A stretch of DNA of 63,249 bases, counting the filler, from Gonapodya sp. JEL0774 (Eukaryota): the NCBI GenBank assembly GCA_027604505.1. It is 12 parts of 12 records of this genome, joined end to end, with 100 filler letters (N's around TTAATTAATTAA, not from the genome) between each part and the next. Parts side by side here need not be neighbours in the genome. Positions count along the whole stretch, not along the records: positions 1 to 5,204 come from JADIIX010000763.1; positions 5,305 to 10,497 come from JADIIX010000764.1; positions 10,598 to 15,790 come from JADIIX010000765.1; 9 more parts are not named here. The stretch is one strand, 5' to 3'. Positions 1 through 12,998 of this stretch are shown here, one piece after another (positions within the stretch are counted from its first letter, which is position 1; the number at the start of each line of letters is the position of its first letter). The notes beneath the pieces are model-generated. The model searched no databases, was not told the DNA's origin, and saw nothing but the letters and a program-made list of their open reading frames with translations. The translations under genes were made by a program, and so were the position numbers.

Positions 1-118
1 ACACACTTCACACGCCAATGCCGTCCGTTCTCCACCGTGGTCGCCACTCCTCACCAAGCCGAGACTTGCAACACGCCATAAACCCCCGTACGCATCCACA
101 CACACCCCAACCCCTCAC

Positions 119-1197
119 CTCCTTATACTTCTTCTCCACCGCCATCAACACTCTTTCGTCATACGCGGCGCCCAGGTACACCTTCTGTCTGTTGAGGTTG
201 TCGAGGTCCGCGCCGGGCGTGAGGCCCAGGATGCCGCTGCCTTCGAGGGGAGGGCGGGTTCCGGGGACTTCGGAGACGACTTGGGATGGGGAGGGGTTAC
301 GGAAGGTCAGGAGTGCTGATACACTTTACTTCAAAACGGAGTGCTGCTCCCGTATGGGTTGCCAGTGCATCGTGTACCGGGCAGGAGTGCCTCGCTCAGG
401 GCACCCTCGTCTCCCGCTCAGACTTCACTCTGTTCCTTGGGTCGGGAGTGTCCTTCGCTTCGATGAGGGCATGTTGGACTCTGGCTCGCCACTTACCTCG
501 GAAATTTAAATGCTCGTTGGCGACCAACAGCAGGATGGGCTTATCCTGTAAAAAGGACATGAGCAAATTGTGGGTGGTCCTACTGAGGGATATGACGTAG
601 GTATGTTCCAAAAACTGTCTCGCTGTCTCGCTGTCCCTGATGTGGGCGGGGTCGTGGATGGCTGCGAGTGCGTTGCATTCTTGCTGGTGCGCCTCCATGT
701 GGTCAGATCGGAACGCGTCGAAGAATGCACGGGCGGCGTCAGGTTTGTTCTTTGAGATGTTGTTGAGGAATATGTAGACGAAGGTGGGGAAGAGAAGGGC
801 GACGAGTTCTTCCTGGATTTGAATTTGGATGGACGGACGGTGGATAGAGGTGGATGGATACAAGAGAGAGAAATTTGAGAGTACGTTGAGATAGAGTGGA
901 ACAGCGAAAACTCACTCTGTAGAGTTCGATTGAGGATTCGATCCAGGATCGGAGCGACTTGTAAGCATCCAAGTACGCATTCAGATTAGCATCAGTCTCC
1001 TTAATCTGTTGTGGATCTTGTCCCAGTCCCGGGATCTTCTTTGAGGGAGGGAGAGCAGCAGCGCCGGCATTTGAAGCACTGCCAGATTCCAACAGGGATT
1101 CGATTCCCGCATCTTGAGCGAGAGCAAGAGCAGCGCGATTGTATCCTTTTTTCTGCAGCAGGTCCAGGATTGCACGGGTTTCGTCCCGGTCTGCCAT
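119..1197 (-). CDS. TAF5: TFIID subunit 5 (TAF5), 5' exons (LisH + NTD2); 3' part off-contig
   Basis: Exon 1197-916 MADRDETRAILDLLQKKGYNRAALAL..YLDAYKSLRSWIESSIELYR (GTGAGT donor); exon 812-497 EELVALLFPTFVYIFL..YVISLSRTTHNLLMSFL; further exon ..NRQKVYLG.. ending near 119. Confidence 0.85.
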
Positions 1198-1368
1198 GCT
1201 GGATCCTGACAGGGAATTAGTAGGACACTGAGTGGAAGTGGGTGTTCTTCAAGGGCGGTGCAATCACCACGACAGACTGCATACAAAACGATTATATCTA
1301 ACACCACCATCAGCCTCCGTTAAAACCAAAATAGCTTCTCGTCTCTCCGCTAGTCACTTTCCCTCCTC

Positions 1369-2698
1369 ATGGACAAACTCCCCGTCGAGATACTCGGCCG
1401 CATCTTCCGCCTCCTCGAACCCCGACCGTTCTACCGAACGATACCTCTGGTGTCAAGCTCGTTCCGCGCAGCTTCACTCAGCGCCATCCCCGGATGCCCT
1501 GGCGATTCCATCGGGGTGGTTTGCTTCACCTCTTGGAAGGCGCATTCGCGATACGCAGTCCATGGTGGTCCGTACTTTCGGAAGCGGATTAACTCCGAGT
1601 ACAGGATTTGTATGCGAGCATCGGGCACACCTGTATGGACAGCTATTACGGTGTGGTTCGTGGTGTTTGTGAAGGGTTCTGAGACGGTGGACGAATTGAA
1701 TCAGTTGATACGATCGTCAAGTCGAAATTGCTTGCCAGGATGATTCTCGAACGATTCGGATCCTCGCCTCTCGCTTCAATCATTCTATCGTTATCCAGCA
1801 GGTGATGGCTGATGTGGATCTACGTATCCCTTTTCATTTGGCGAAGGACTTCGTGCGCGCAAACAAGATTGCAGAGTTCAACATAGCCCCACTTTCAGAG
1901 TTCACTCAGCTGGAGCAGTGTCGTGACTTGGGAGACATTGTGATGTATCCTGTGGTCAAGTTGGAGGTGCTTGGAGGTCCCGGAGACAACCTCGAACACA
2001 CCGCAAGGCGGCTTCGGAGAGTCTTGACTGTGTTTCCATCAATAGTGGAACTATCCTGTGGAAGTCTCTTCTATCTCTCGGAGCTCGCCAGCGCTGGGCT
2101 GGAGACGCTGATAGCAACTGTCCCAGCGTCTTTGCGAGCTCGCTTGAGGTGTCTGAAAGCCTCCCCGATTCCTAACGAGAGTGGGCCTGGAGGGCGGCTG
2201 GCGCTTTTGAGGTCCCCCATTGTGTTCTCCAACTTGATGGAGGTTGGGACTCTCTATTTTGATGATATCAAGCTGACGGGGCCATTTATCCCTCGAGATT
2301 CGCAGTGTACATTGACGGGAGTTCAAAAGTTCCATATCAACATCACAACGGCGAGCATTCCTGACAATGCAACTTGTGTGCGGATGGAGGAAAGTGCCAA
2401 ACACCTCGTCGGACTCCTACCATCTCTAAAGCATCTGGTTGTCAAACTGTTCTTTAACTCCAATCTAGACAAGCAGGAAGATATTGAAAGGGTTCATCAG
2501 TTCTTGGATCTCCTTTTACACGTGTGATCACCTGGGTGCATTGTGGAGCTTCCTCAAATGCGAGAACTGTTCCGTCTCGATCTGCGGGACATGCTAAAGC
2601 GCATGAATCCTGTGGCAGATGGGTCTCGGCCATTTTGGGGATGGGAGGGTAACTCAGTCAAGCGTGTCTGCACTGGTGACGGGGTATGGGTAAAATAG
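1369..2698 (+). pseudogene. F-box protein, lineage-specific family; frame break near 1710-1800 and in-frame TGA at 2525
   Basis: F-box motif LPVEILGRIFRLLEPRPFYRTIPLVSSSF; ORFs 1369-1743 and 1802-2527 are in different frames with no convincing intron; the frame stays open ~56 codons after the TGA. Confidence 0.6.
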
Positions 2699-3217
2699 TG
2701 GCCAGTGGGTAAAGGGACAGGCCTTCAGAGCGGTAGCAACGGAGCTGGTACTGCAGGATAGGGACATGAGCATGGACAATCAGAAATACAAGTAGAAGGA
2801 GCGCAAGTATGGGAGTGTGAGTCTTTGAACAGAGACCGGAAGTGATGGAATGGTTTTGGGTATTTCAGGAAGGTATAAGACGTTTTCGGACGGCCTACAA
2901 ATTACGATATAAGACCCTGTAGGAACATCTGTTTGTACCGGCTGGAGTGGTGATAACAGAAGAACACTCTTAGTTCTGGGGTTCCGTTTATATGATTTTC
3001 GAAACGACATCCAAGGGTGGTCTTCGTGGGAAGGACGAGTTCTTCGCAAAACATCTATAAACCGGCCCTTTACTGCTCAATTCCATTCCACTACTAATTC
3101 ACTAATCCACTAATCGACCTAACTATAACACTCTGCCGGTGTCCTTGATTGCCTGTATCACTCCTCCCAACCACTGCACTCCGCCAGCGTTACACTCATC
3201 GCCCCAACTCTCCGCTG

Positions 3218-5204
3218 ATGCTGCTTGTCCCATCCCAAGTTGACCCTTCCCCGCTCTGGGACACTCTAGAGATCATTGGCGACAGATTCGTCCTCCAGTC
3301 TCTCAAAACCTCCTCAATCCTCACCACAATCTCTTCCATCCTCTCCTCTTCACCCGCTGCCGCAAAGCCGTTCCGCATCCTCTGCAAAGTCGGCCCTCTC
3401 CGTCTCTTGCTGATCGCAACCGCTTCGACTCCGGAAGAAATCCGCGCGAACGCCAGGTGGATCGAAGCCAACCTGCTTGCACAGATCTCCTTGCTCCAGA
3501 CTCACATTGAGGTTGAGAATTGCGTCAGAGAGAAGCTCGAGGAGCATCTTGGCGCGTCTCCAGCAGATGCTTCCTTGAATGGGGATGAGTCCTCACCAGT
3601 GGCAAACTCGGCTGATGAAAAGGTGTGTTCCCCTCTTGCCTCTCCGTACAGATATGTCACAACGAATCCACACCATTCAATGTCAACTGAATTTTCACGT
3701 GTGCAATGCGTGCATCTCTCTTTAGACTCGCCTTGCCAACGAATCCTACCACAGCCATTTCGATCGGGTTCCCCCGTCCGAAGAGCTCATCCAGTACTAC
3801 CCCGCAGGTACATAAGTCATTGGCCTGTACAATACTCATATCCGACTCTGAGTTTTATCAAGCTGACAACATCGCCCCTATCGTGCCTGAACTCGTGCAC
3901 TCCCTTTATCCCATGCTCCCATCCAAAACACCCGCTCACTCCCACACACGTCACCCACCAATCCCCAAGCCTACGAGAAACCCACCCGCCAAGGCTGGCT
4001 CTACATCTCCCGCAACTTTCTCGCCTTTTACAGCCTCATCATGGGCGCCGAGACGAAAGTGTTGTTCGAACTCAAGGACGTCGAGGATATCGCAAAACTC
4101 AACTCAAAGGCGGGCATGGTCGCCGATTCGATAGCGGTCACGACAATGAATAAGACGAGAGTGGGTTGAGCGTGCTCTCAGGCCTTGGAGCACGTCGTGT
4201 AAGAGATTTGTGGTATTGCTCATGTGTCCATGTCCTCGCACTCCAACCCCAACCCCCCTCACGTACCAGCACTTCTTCACCAACCTCATGAGCCGAGACG
4301 AATGCTTTGATCTCATCCGCTCTCTCACGAAGAACGCGGTGTCAAAGGTGCGTGTTGAACTCTCGGCGATGTGTATCGAACGCACTCACCTCAGCGACGA
4401 TTGCCCATTGGGTGGTACACTCTTGCCACCATGCTCATCCGCTACCGTACCGCTGCATATTCTGTGAGAAGATGCTCCACACCACCGGATCCGGAACAAG
4501 CCCGTCGTCCACAGCACCGCCTCCGCTCCCAACTGCAGAGACATTGGAAGAGCTGACGAGGAATCAAGTGAGAAACGGGTGACTGCGCCTTGGTTGCTGT
4601 TGATGTGTCAGGGCTCAGAGAGACTTGAGAGATTGGAGCCCACGCTGACCTGGCATCTTGCCCCCTACGCCTTTCCCCCCTGTCCCCGCTTCCCTCGTGT
4701 CGCCCTTCTCCTTGCACTCCGTCAACACCCTGCCACAAAGAACTTTCGTGCTGCCTTCTCCCTTCCAGATAACGACACCCTCCTCGACGCCACTTACGCC
4801 AACGTCCAGCTCCTGCCCTCCACGCCACAAATCCACGGCCGTCTCTTCCTCTCTTCGTGCTCCTTCCTCTGCTTCATCTCGTCCACGCGGTACCTCCTCA
4901 CGTTCAACACCCCGCTCTTTTGCGTGAAGAAGGTCGAAAGGCTTCAACTGGCAACACCGACGGTGAAGATGACCCTGTGGCACGGACAGGAGGTGACGGT
5001 GCAGCTGTTGTGTGAGGGGAAACGGGCGGACAGGTACTGCGAGCAACTCAGGGCGCAGGTGGAGAAGGTGGTGCCGCTCATGAAGCTGGTCAAGCCGTTT
5101 GTGAAGTCGCTGCCTTCGGAGGAGCTGGTCAGATCTGGTACCATCGACACGTGCTCGGCCACCTCGACGCAGACTGGCCTGGGCGCCACCTTTGGCTACG
5201 TGGC
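3218..5204 (+). CDS. GYP2: GRAM-GRAM-TBC Rab-GAP (Gyp2/Mdr1/TBC1D9 family), 5' part
   Basis: MLLVPSQVDPSPLWD..FVLQ..PFRIL..WIEANLL; GRAM motifs QGWLYISRNFLAFYS, HFFTNLMSRDECFDLI and FRAAFSLP..HGRLFLSSCSFLCFIS; multi-exon. Confidence 0.8.
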
Positions 5205-5304
5205 NNNNNNNNNNNNNNNNNNNNNNNNNNNNNNNNNNNNNNNNNNNNTTAATTAATTAANNNNNNNNNNNNNNNNNNNNNNNNNNNNNNNNNNNNNNNN
5301 NNNN
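5205..5304. other. Artificial contig spacer; same spacer at 10498, 15791, 21078, 26360, 31639, 36918, 42192, 47461, 52727, 57992
   Basis: 44 N + TTAATTAATTAA (stop in six frames) + 44 N, present 11 times. Confidence 0.99.
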
Positions 5305-7446
5305 ACTGTTGGTGGAACTCTGCCGCTAGCTAGTATTGTCAGAGATGTCCCCATGGTGGTCGTGGACAGAGAGGCAGGCGCTCGGGTGGTGAATTTGTTG
5401 AGGAACCAGGTCGGTGGCAATGGGGAAGGGAAAGCGGATTCCTCGATTATCAAGGTGGCAGCGGGAAGCGCGGTGAGTACGCGTTGTTCAGATGGGAAGA
5501 CGTGATTGTGTATATGAGATCAACCACCCCATATTGATATCAATGAATTGTCATTGTCTTGCCGCCCGTCCTTCCTTCTACCACCCCCTCCCGTATGCCT
5601 CTTATGTCGCACATCCTCTACTAGCTTCCCACAACTATTCTTTTCTCGATCCTGGTTCCCAACTCAGCAAGTCTCCTAAGCCCTGCGAATACGGGCCAGG
5701 TGTCACCCAATACAGCGGACACCACAGTCCAGACCGTATCGGTGTATCAGAATGCATTTTTTGTAGCGGCTATAGTGTTGAGCTCCCTGAGTGTTCTCGC
5801 ATTTTCGGTCGCCTTGTGGCGGAGAAGGCAGGTGGGTGGTACTGAACGGTCCTGTGGTTGCGCCCAGCCCATCTGATCTCGCGAGCACCTGTCTCGCCGG
5901 TACCATCATTTTCTTAGATGCAACTACGCTACCGCCGCGCGCGAGCTCTCTTTGCCGCCTCTGCAGCAGAATTGCGCACCATGGGTTTCTCTGAGGATCT
6001 GCTTCGGACATTGACCCCCGAAGATCTCAACAAATACCCAGTCTCCACTTATGGAATGGATGGAGCTACTGCAAAAGAGGATATCAAGGAGAAGGAACTG
6101 AAGAGAGCCGACACCAGACCCACGTCCCCGGCCAGTCCCGTCCTGTCACTAAAGGAGCTGCGAAATGTGGATTTGGAGGGAAGAGGGGATGGTGGGGATC
6201 CCAAAAAGGCTGCGGCACAATTGGCTCTTCCGGTTGCGAGTCTGGACCGACCGGGTCGCCCGTCGGTGTCCTCTATGGTGTCGAGAGCGAGTAAATCGAA
6301 CCACCCAGTTTGTGCCGTGTGCTTGGACCCTTTCATCACGGGTGTTTCGAGAGTGCGAACTCTACCGGTGAGTTTTTGGAACCTTGTCGATACTTGCACC
6401 GAGGAATCTTACTGAGCTCATGTCCCCCATGACCCCAGTGCAACCACTGTTTCCATGTGGACTGTATCGATAAATGGCTTCTTGAGCGGGCCTGCGTGTG
6501 CCCCATATGTCGCTACGACCTCGCTCCCCCACCCTCTCCGTCACTCTCTGATCCCGATCGTGCACGATCTGATGACTCCAACACAGATTCTTCGATGGAC
6601 GACGGGACGCTCAACAGGATGTCGAGCCCTGTACCGAGTGTGCGTACACTGCGGAGTTTGGAGGACCACCGGTCCGAAATTCCAAGGCCGGTTCCAACGT
6701 TGCCGCTGCGACCGCCACAAGCAGCTCACAGACCTTTGTCAGACTTTTCTGGGATGACTTCGTTCCGGAGCTCCTCAATTCAGGAAACAATCGATATTCG
6801 ACCAGCGAATTGGGGGCGGCGAAGCAATACCGATGTTGCCCAGAGAAGTTCAATGTCGGAAGCGCAAGGTGGATGGAGCGATGCCGGGTCTGCCTTGAGT
6901 CCTGTGGGAACGATAGAGTCTTTCAGGGTGCCGAGTATCACTACTTCGTTCGACTCCGACCGGGAGCAGCGTCTGCCAATGTGGGAGCACGGCCTTGCAA
7001 TGTCCGCACTTCCACCAAGCAGGAAATATCCCAGCAGCAGTCATGTGCTGCACCCGCTCAGAATGTCCAGGACGGAAGCGTCTCTTGGTACTGCCTCTGA
7101 TGGGCCGACGGATTCGTCCGCTTCCAGGTCCAGTACGCCAAGTTCGGATTTAATTGCAGTGATTGGAAGGGGAGACGCAAGAGCGGGAAGAAGTTCGCGA
7201 CTAGATACGGCGGAGCGGATAGGCAGCTCAGCTGCATCGTCGGCCGGTCAACGTGTCAGCTTGTACCCGAGCTTGACGTCGGGCACCAGCGAATCGAGAT
7301 CAAGAGACACTGTCGACCGTTTGTCTGTNNNNNNNNNNNNNNNNNNNNNNNNNNNNNNNNNNNNNNNNNNNNNNNNNNNNNNNNNNNNNNNNNNNNNNNN
7401 NNNNNNNNNNNNNNNNNNNNNNNNNCGCCGCGGCATGATGTTGTAG
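5305..7446 (+). CDS. PA-TM-RING-H2 E3 ubiquitin ligase (RNF13/Goliath-like), 5' truncated, internal N gap ~7329-7425
   Basis: PA-like end DVPMVVVDREAGARVVNLL; TM AAIVLSSLSVLAFSVALWRRRQ; spliced RING-H2 CAVCLDPFITGVSRVRTLP/CNHCFHVDCIDKWLLERACVCPICRYDL; Ser-rich tail. Confidence 0.85.
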
Positions 7447-7837
7447 TATTTAAGATTTTAGCTTTTGTTGTTCGCTTTCTTGCGATATCGTCCTCAACTC
7501 CTATTACAAAAATGTTACTCTTATGTTCTCTTTTACTCTCACATCGTCTCGTTCTCACTCGTTTGTTCTCTTTGTCGCCGTTCTTTCAACGTGTATGTTC
7601 CAGCGTTCAGCTGCTGTCAATGAGTGCCGGATTGTCTAACTGGGGATGTACCGGCTGACTTTCATTAGCTCTTTCATCGGACTCGCAGATGGTTCATTGC
7701 TAAACATGGTTCATCCAGCACTCTGCCCCCGACGACGAATAATGGAGCCGGGAGGCGTCCTGATCGTCAGCTCAATCCATTCTTTTATGAGATAGACAAA
7801 CTCTTCAATCTGTAGACTTCGCGCAAATATCGACTCG

Positions 7838-8602
7838 ATGACTTCCATGTGGCATCCTTTGCTGTCCCTCCGAGATCTGTTGCTCTCTCCCAGCTGTCGG
7901 ATAACCTTCTCTGTTCAAGACTCGGCAGGCCCTACCAGGAGCTTTCTCGTGGCCCGACCGATACCGGAACTGGAAGCTGCGAGGGAAAGAAGTGCTGAAG
8001 CATTGGCGGAGGCGGTTGACAGCTTTATTCTGCGGGGTGAGAGGCCGGTCGACATCTGGTCGATGGTTGCCGAATGCACACACATGAATGTAAGTTCCGA
8101 CATGGGCGAGATGGAGGGCAAGACTGCTAACGATTACGAAAATTTGTATAGGCGCCTCTAGAGATCTCCGATATTGAAGACATTGGGGGTTGCCCAGGTA
8201 CGCAACATTTTGATACAGGAATGCCAAATATCGGGCTGCATACTAATCAACGTCCCCCTCAAATACCCCAACTAGTGGTCGTCTGTTGCATGCACGGATA
8301 CACGTTTGATTTGGCGAGCGGCGAGTGTAGCGTAGGCGATGAGAAGGAGGAAGAACTCAGAGCAAAAACATTCCGTACGAAGATTGAAAATACTTCAACC
8401 GGAAACGAAGCCGAGGGCGCCAAGCTGGAACCTTGGGTGTACGTACAAACTGACACAGAAGTGGTATCGAAATGGAAGGCAGTATCCGAATTCTACAATT
8501 GTAAATGGCGGCAAAAATGAGAGACTTACAGATAGGTGTAGTTTAATTACGAAGGACGACGAAATCCCAGAATGTTCTGCGCTTCTGTTGCATATGTACT
8601 AA
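7838..8602 (+). CDS. Rieske [2Fe-2S] domain protein (RFESD-like); 3' end uncertain
   Basis: Introns 8090-8151 and 8198-8275 join AECTHMN-APLEISDIEDIGGCP-VVVCCMHGYTFDLASGE, giving CxH...Cx2H ligands. Confidence 0.8.
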
Positions 8603-9240
8603 ATGAGCGATGACTCTGCGTCGTTTGTGCAAGCACCGATATCGCAGCCAAGCGCAGCCAACGGGCATTCACTTGAGGGAAGACGATGGGCAATCCCGGT
8701 CCCGACAGTCCTCGACCCATCGTGACTGCGGAGATCATCGAGAAATGGGGGTCGCCGGGAGGAGGGCTGGAAGGGCTGTAAGTTTTCGTGGAGAATCCGT
8801 CTCGAGATTTGATCGTGAAAACAACTTCACGGCGGGTTCAGCGGAAGGAACGGACATTGCAAATCCAAGCTATGGAACAAAATGGCTTTGAGAGACGTGC
8901 TGGGCACCGATTACGTTGGCTATGGGTTCGATTTCCATTCGTGTCACGAACTGTGGCACCACCGAAACCATACGAACTGATGGAGCATCGCCTTGGAGTT
9001 TCTACAAGTCGGAAGCATCTCCCAATTTCTGCGGATGCTCGTGAACGGCAAACCTTGTTCACGATATGAGCGGTGGTCACGGTTCTGTTACATCCTGAAA
9101 CTGCCCATATTCAGCGTGTCTGGAATCCGTAGCTCTGCGATACCTCACATTCGCTTAAGGCGCAGCTCAATGACCATTCCTCTTGTCTTCATTCCTCTTG
9201 GCTCAGTCTCGCTTCCGCGAGTAGTGTCCTGGCCTCTTCA

Positions 9241-10497
9241 ACACGTTCTAAGGAGCACCCCATTCCTCCCCCCATTCAAACCCTTGTGTTCGAATCCGTC
9301 CTCGCCGCAGTTCGACCTGCTCCTTGTGTCTCCCCCACGACACCGACCGCGGCAGTCCCTCACACCCCTCTCGTCCTCGCGTCATCCGACCTCTGTAAAT
9401 TTATCACGGCCCTTCATGCCCTCCTCCCGCAAACCCCGCCTGGACCTGTCGCTTCTCCAGCGGATGACACTGCAATATTGGTCGGTGCTGAGAGGGACCC
9501 GTTTGTGACTGTTGTAGCGGACGCTTTGTGGTCTGTGGATGTGGTGTATGCTCAAGAACAAGGGCTGGAGCGAGAGAGACTCGTGGAGGTGGTTGTGGCA
9601 CTTTCTGTAAGTTTCAGTCCCATTGGAGGGGTTCGATACATTTTTTAGGAGCTCGGCAGGGAGATCAGACCGAAAGCCACTTGCGAAGTCAATGGCCAAA
9701 TTCAACGTAAATTTTCCGCAATGAGTCCCCAGGGCTGCTCGAGACCTCCCTGGGTGACTCTTGAGTGACGTTTGAGTGTGCTAGCTTCTCTGATTTGACT
9801 CATTTGTCACCGCATCACCCTCCAGAACATGATCCCTCCACTCCCTTCCGTTCTTCAACTCCGGTTGGACCCCGATACCCTCTACCGCTCGTCACTACTC
9901 GCCACGCTCCCACTATCTTGGTTGAAACGCGCCGCCCGTGTAAATACCAACGCCACCCTCCGTCAGCAGCGATTTAACCTTCTTCGCGAAGAATCGGAAG
10001 GATGGTCCCGGTTGATCTCAGACCTTGCTTCGGCTGCCATCACGCCAACGGAAATCGCTGAGGCAGTTCCCTCAACTTCTCCGATCCCAGCGAGTGAACT
10101 CACCAAGCGAATAATCGACCGCCGGGCCACGACCGCGGTGCGTAGGATGATGTCTCTGGTTGGGTACTTTGACCTTGACCCCTCCCGCGTGTTGGACATT
10201 ATCGTGGATGGATTGGTGGCTGGAGTGAAGGAGCACAGTAGTTTCTGGATTGAAGTGATAAAGAAGAGTCCTTGGGCAAAAAAACACGGCAAGGGGGGCG
10301 CGTGGGGGGAGGACCAGGAGAAGGCCAAGATTCTTGGAGGAGAAATGGATGTGGATGGAGAAGCTGACAACCCAGATGATCCTTCTGGTCCGAATACCCC
10401 ACCTTCGACAAGTGACCCAACGGCGAAAGAGTCCGAAGAGGGAGTTACGGCAATCTCCCTTTTGGCTCAGATTATAGGATTCAAGTTCAAGTGGTAC
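9241..10497 (+). CDS. THO2: THO complex subunit 2, 5' part (start approximate)
   Basis: QQRFNLLREESEGWSRLI, SLVGYFDLDPSRVLDII, LAQIIGFKFKWY. Confidence 0.92.
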
Positions 10498-10682
10498 NNN
10501 NNNNNNNNNNNNNNNNNNNNNNNNNNNNNNNNNNNNNNNNNTTAATTAATTAANNNNNNNNNNNNNNNNNNNNNNNNNNNNNNNNNNNNNNNNNNNNCTC
10601 GAAGGTACGCCACGCCGAATTTCCATTTTGCGACGCGCAGCAATTCAAGAGCTTTCCTTTGCCTCTTTCTGAGACCACAGGA

Positions 10683-12007
10683 ATGGCAGTGAATGGCGTT
10701 GTCAAAATAGAAACCAAGCACAACATGGAACCTCAGCGGCAATCCCTGGCTCATCGAGTACTCTTTACACCGGAGCTGCTACAGAGGATCTTGATGTACT
10801 TGTCGCGGAGAAGGCGCGCCGCATGTGCTCTTGTTTGGTGAGCTCGTGTCACATCAAACCTCGGTTTCTTGCATTTTTACGATCAATAATTGGCCAAACT
10901 CGGAAATGAAGCAAATTCTGGGCACCGTGGTCGGTGGCAATGCTCTGGCAATTTTGGCCAATCGATGGAAGCACTCAGAGTCGGAAGCGCCTTGCTGCTT
11001 TTGAAGGAATTGAACAGACGAGAAAGTTTCTTATCCGCCCGAAGCATTTCGTACTCGATTTTAGAGGGATGGATCCAGAAGAGCAGCTCATAGTCATTGC
11101 AAAGATGTTCTCCCAGCTGCTTCCTGAAACAGCACGTCACGCTGTGAGATGGGATGTAGAGCAAGTTTCCGACCAAGTCTTCGCCGCTCTATGTCCATTG
11201 ATTATGAGTAACACAAGCAACATCAAGGAGCTTCAATTTTCTAAAGTCCCAAAGGATGGGCACATCTGGTTGAATCAGCTCTTACCTCGATGTACGGATC
11301 TGCGAAAGTTGTTGATGTCGTCGTCGCATGGTGATTTAGTCCTTGACCTCCCTGATTTTGGACACTCCTTGAGAGAGCTTTGGAGTAGGAGCAACTTCAT
11401 CGTTAATCCTTCCATGATTCTGCAATTCCGAAACCTTGAGCGTCTTGTGCTCTTTGCTGTCCAGAATGACCTCCCTCCCATCACCGCAAAGACGCATGCC
11501 AATTTGAAAACGCTCGTACTCAAAGAAATCAACATTCCATATATTCAAATGCCAGTGCGGAATATGCTGAAGGATATTGGGCGGCAGTTGCGAGGACTGG
11601 AACTTTCAGCAGAGGTCGAAATGACTGCGATGCCTCCAACTCTTCTGTCTGACATATGTGAGAACTGCCCTCAAATTGAGTCCTTAGCATTGGACAATTA
11701 TGGGAATGTTCCTGTGACAATGCTGACTTACTTGATGTGCTCGTTGAAGAATGTCAAAGAACTCTCATTCGGTGGAAACACACAAGTGGAGCCGGACATT
11801 TTTGGGAAGAAAACCTTGGACGCACTTGCACAAGATCACAAAGCCTTTAAATTCTTGTTGTTCCGATGGGAGAACAACTCAGATGTCTTAGCTGACATGA
11901 CAGAGGTTTGTGGAAACACAAGCCTTTGTGGATGTGCTCCACTTCCAGGAAGCCATAAAAGTACGTGGAAGCCTTTGACGTGGACACTTTTCCAAAAATG
12001 GCATTAG
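10683..12007 (+). CDS. F-box/LRR-like (RNI-type) protein
   Basis: Intron 10838-10911 yields VLFTPELLQRILMYLSRRRRAACALVCKFWAPWSVAMLW; downstream LxxLxL repeats (CTDLRKLLM, NLERLVL, CPQIESLAL). Confidence 0.8.
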
Positions 12008-12246
12008 ATAATAGTCCAGGGAGACAAAATTTGAATCACGTACGAGGAAGACAATTATAAGCAAAATCGATATGCCACGTCAGCACGAGCCGGTCCAAGA
12101 TATTCGTGTTGTTTTGTGGGCTTGCAGCGAATTGGTGGGGAGGTAGTCGTCTCATAGGTCATGGGATTTCTTTTTCAGACAGTCGCAATGGAAACGGGAA
12201 TCTCCATCCTCCTTCACACCATCTCACTCCCCCCTTCGCCTACGAG

Positions 12247-12998
12247 TCAATTCCGCGTGTTATTGAGATTCACTCGACGTATCAAATCCAGCTTGGTCTC
12301 GTTCCATACGTTGTAGGAATCGAGTATCCTCCCATCCTCCTGGAGCGCTTTGCCCGCCAAGACCAGACCCTGCTGGTCCGGAGGGATCCTTTCCTTGTCG
12401 TGCATCTTGGCCTTGAGGTCGTCGACCGTGTCTGAAGAGCCGAACTCAAAAGGGACGCCGGCGGGGCCACGGAGGGTCACGAACACGTGCCCGCCAGCGC
12501 GGACGAGGTGGAGGTTGGACCGGTTGGAGATGCCGCAGTCTGGGAAACAACAGATGCACACCGATATTGTTTTTTTTTTTGAGTTTGCTGTTGTATGTAC
12601 TGTGGTTGCAGAATATCACAGCTGACGCCCACGAGTCACCGGCGAGGGTGCGTCCGTCCTCCATACGCCACTTATCGAAAGCGAGACGTTGCTGGTCAAG
12701 TGGAATACCCAGTGCGGTTTGGATTTGCGCCTTGACATCTTTGATAGTTTGTGAGGGCTCGACGTGGAGCGAAGGTCATGCCGGAACCTTGCAGGTGTGG
12801 AGGGCCGCAGATTAAGACGTGTCACGGGCGGCTGTGGAGAACATAAAACGGCCCGATGATGCGAGTGGCAGGAACGGCAAGGTCCGATGTCCGGGCGTCG
12901 ATTGGATGTTGTCGTCACCGTCATTTGGATCCGCGGCGGGCGCTGACCTACACACCGTCTGACCGCCGCCACTCACGGGTTTCTACGAAAACCTGCAT
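12247..12998 (-). pseudogene. Tandem ubiquitin-like (di-UBL) gene with frameshift near 12770
   Basis: Exons 12998-12977, 12787-12640, 12539-12247: [61 protein letters not shown], then SSDTVDDLKAKMHDKERIPPDQQGLVLAGKALQEDGRILDSYNV. Confidence 0.75.

Noticed and set aside
5249..5260. TTAATTAATTAA recurring about every 5.3 kb as a biological repeat or CRISPR-like array
   Set aside because: Always embedded in N runs; it is an assembly linker. ORFs ending in X..LIN are artefacts.
8853..8946. tRNA-like T arm ATGGG-TTCGATT-TCCAT
   Set aside because: No convincing D arm, anticodon stem or acceptor stem could be folded.
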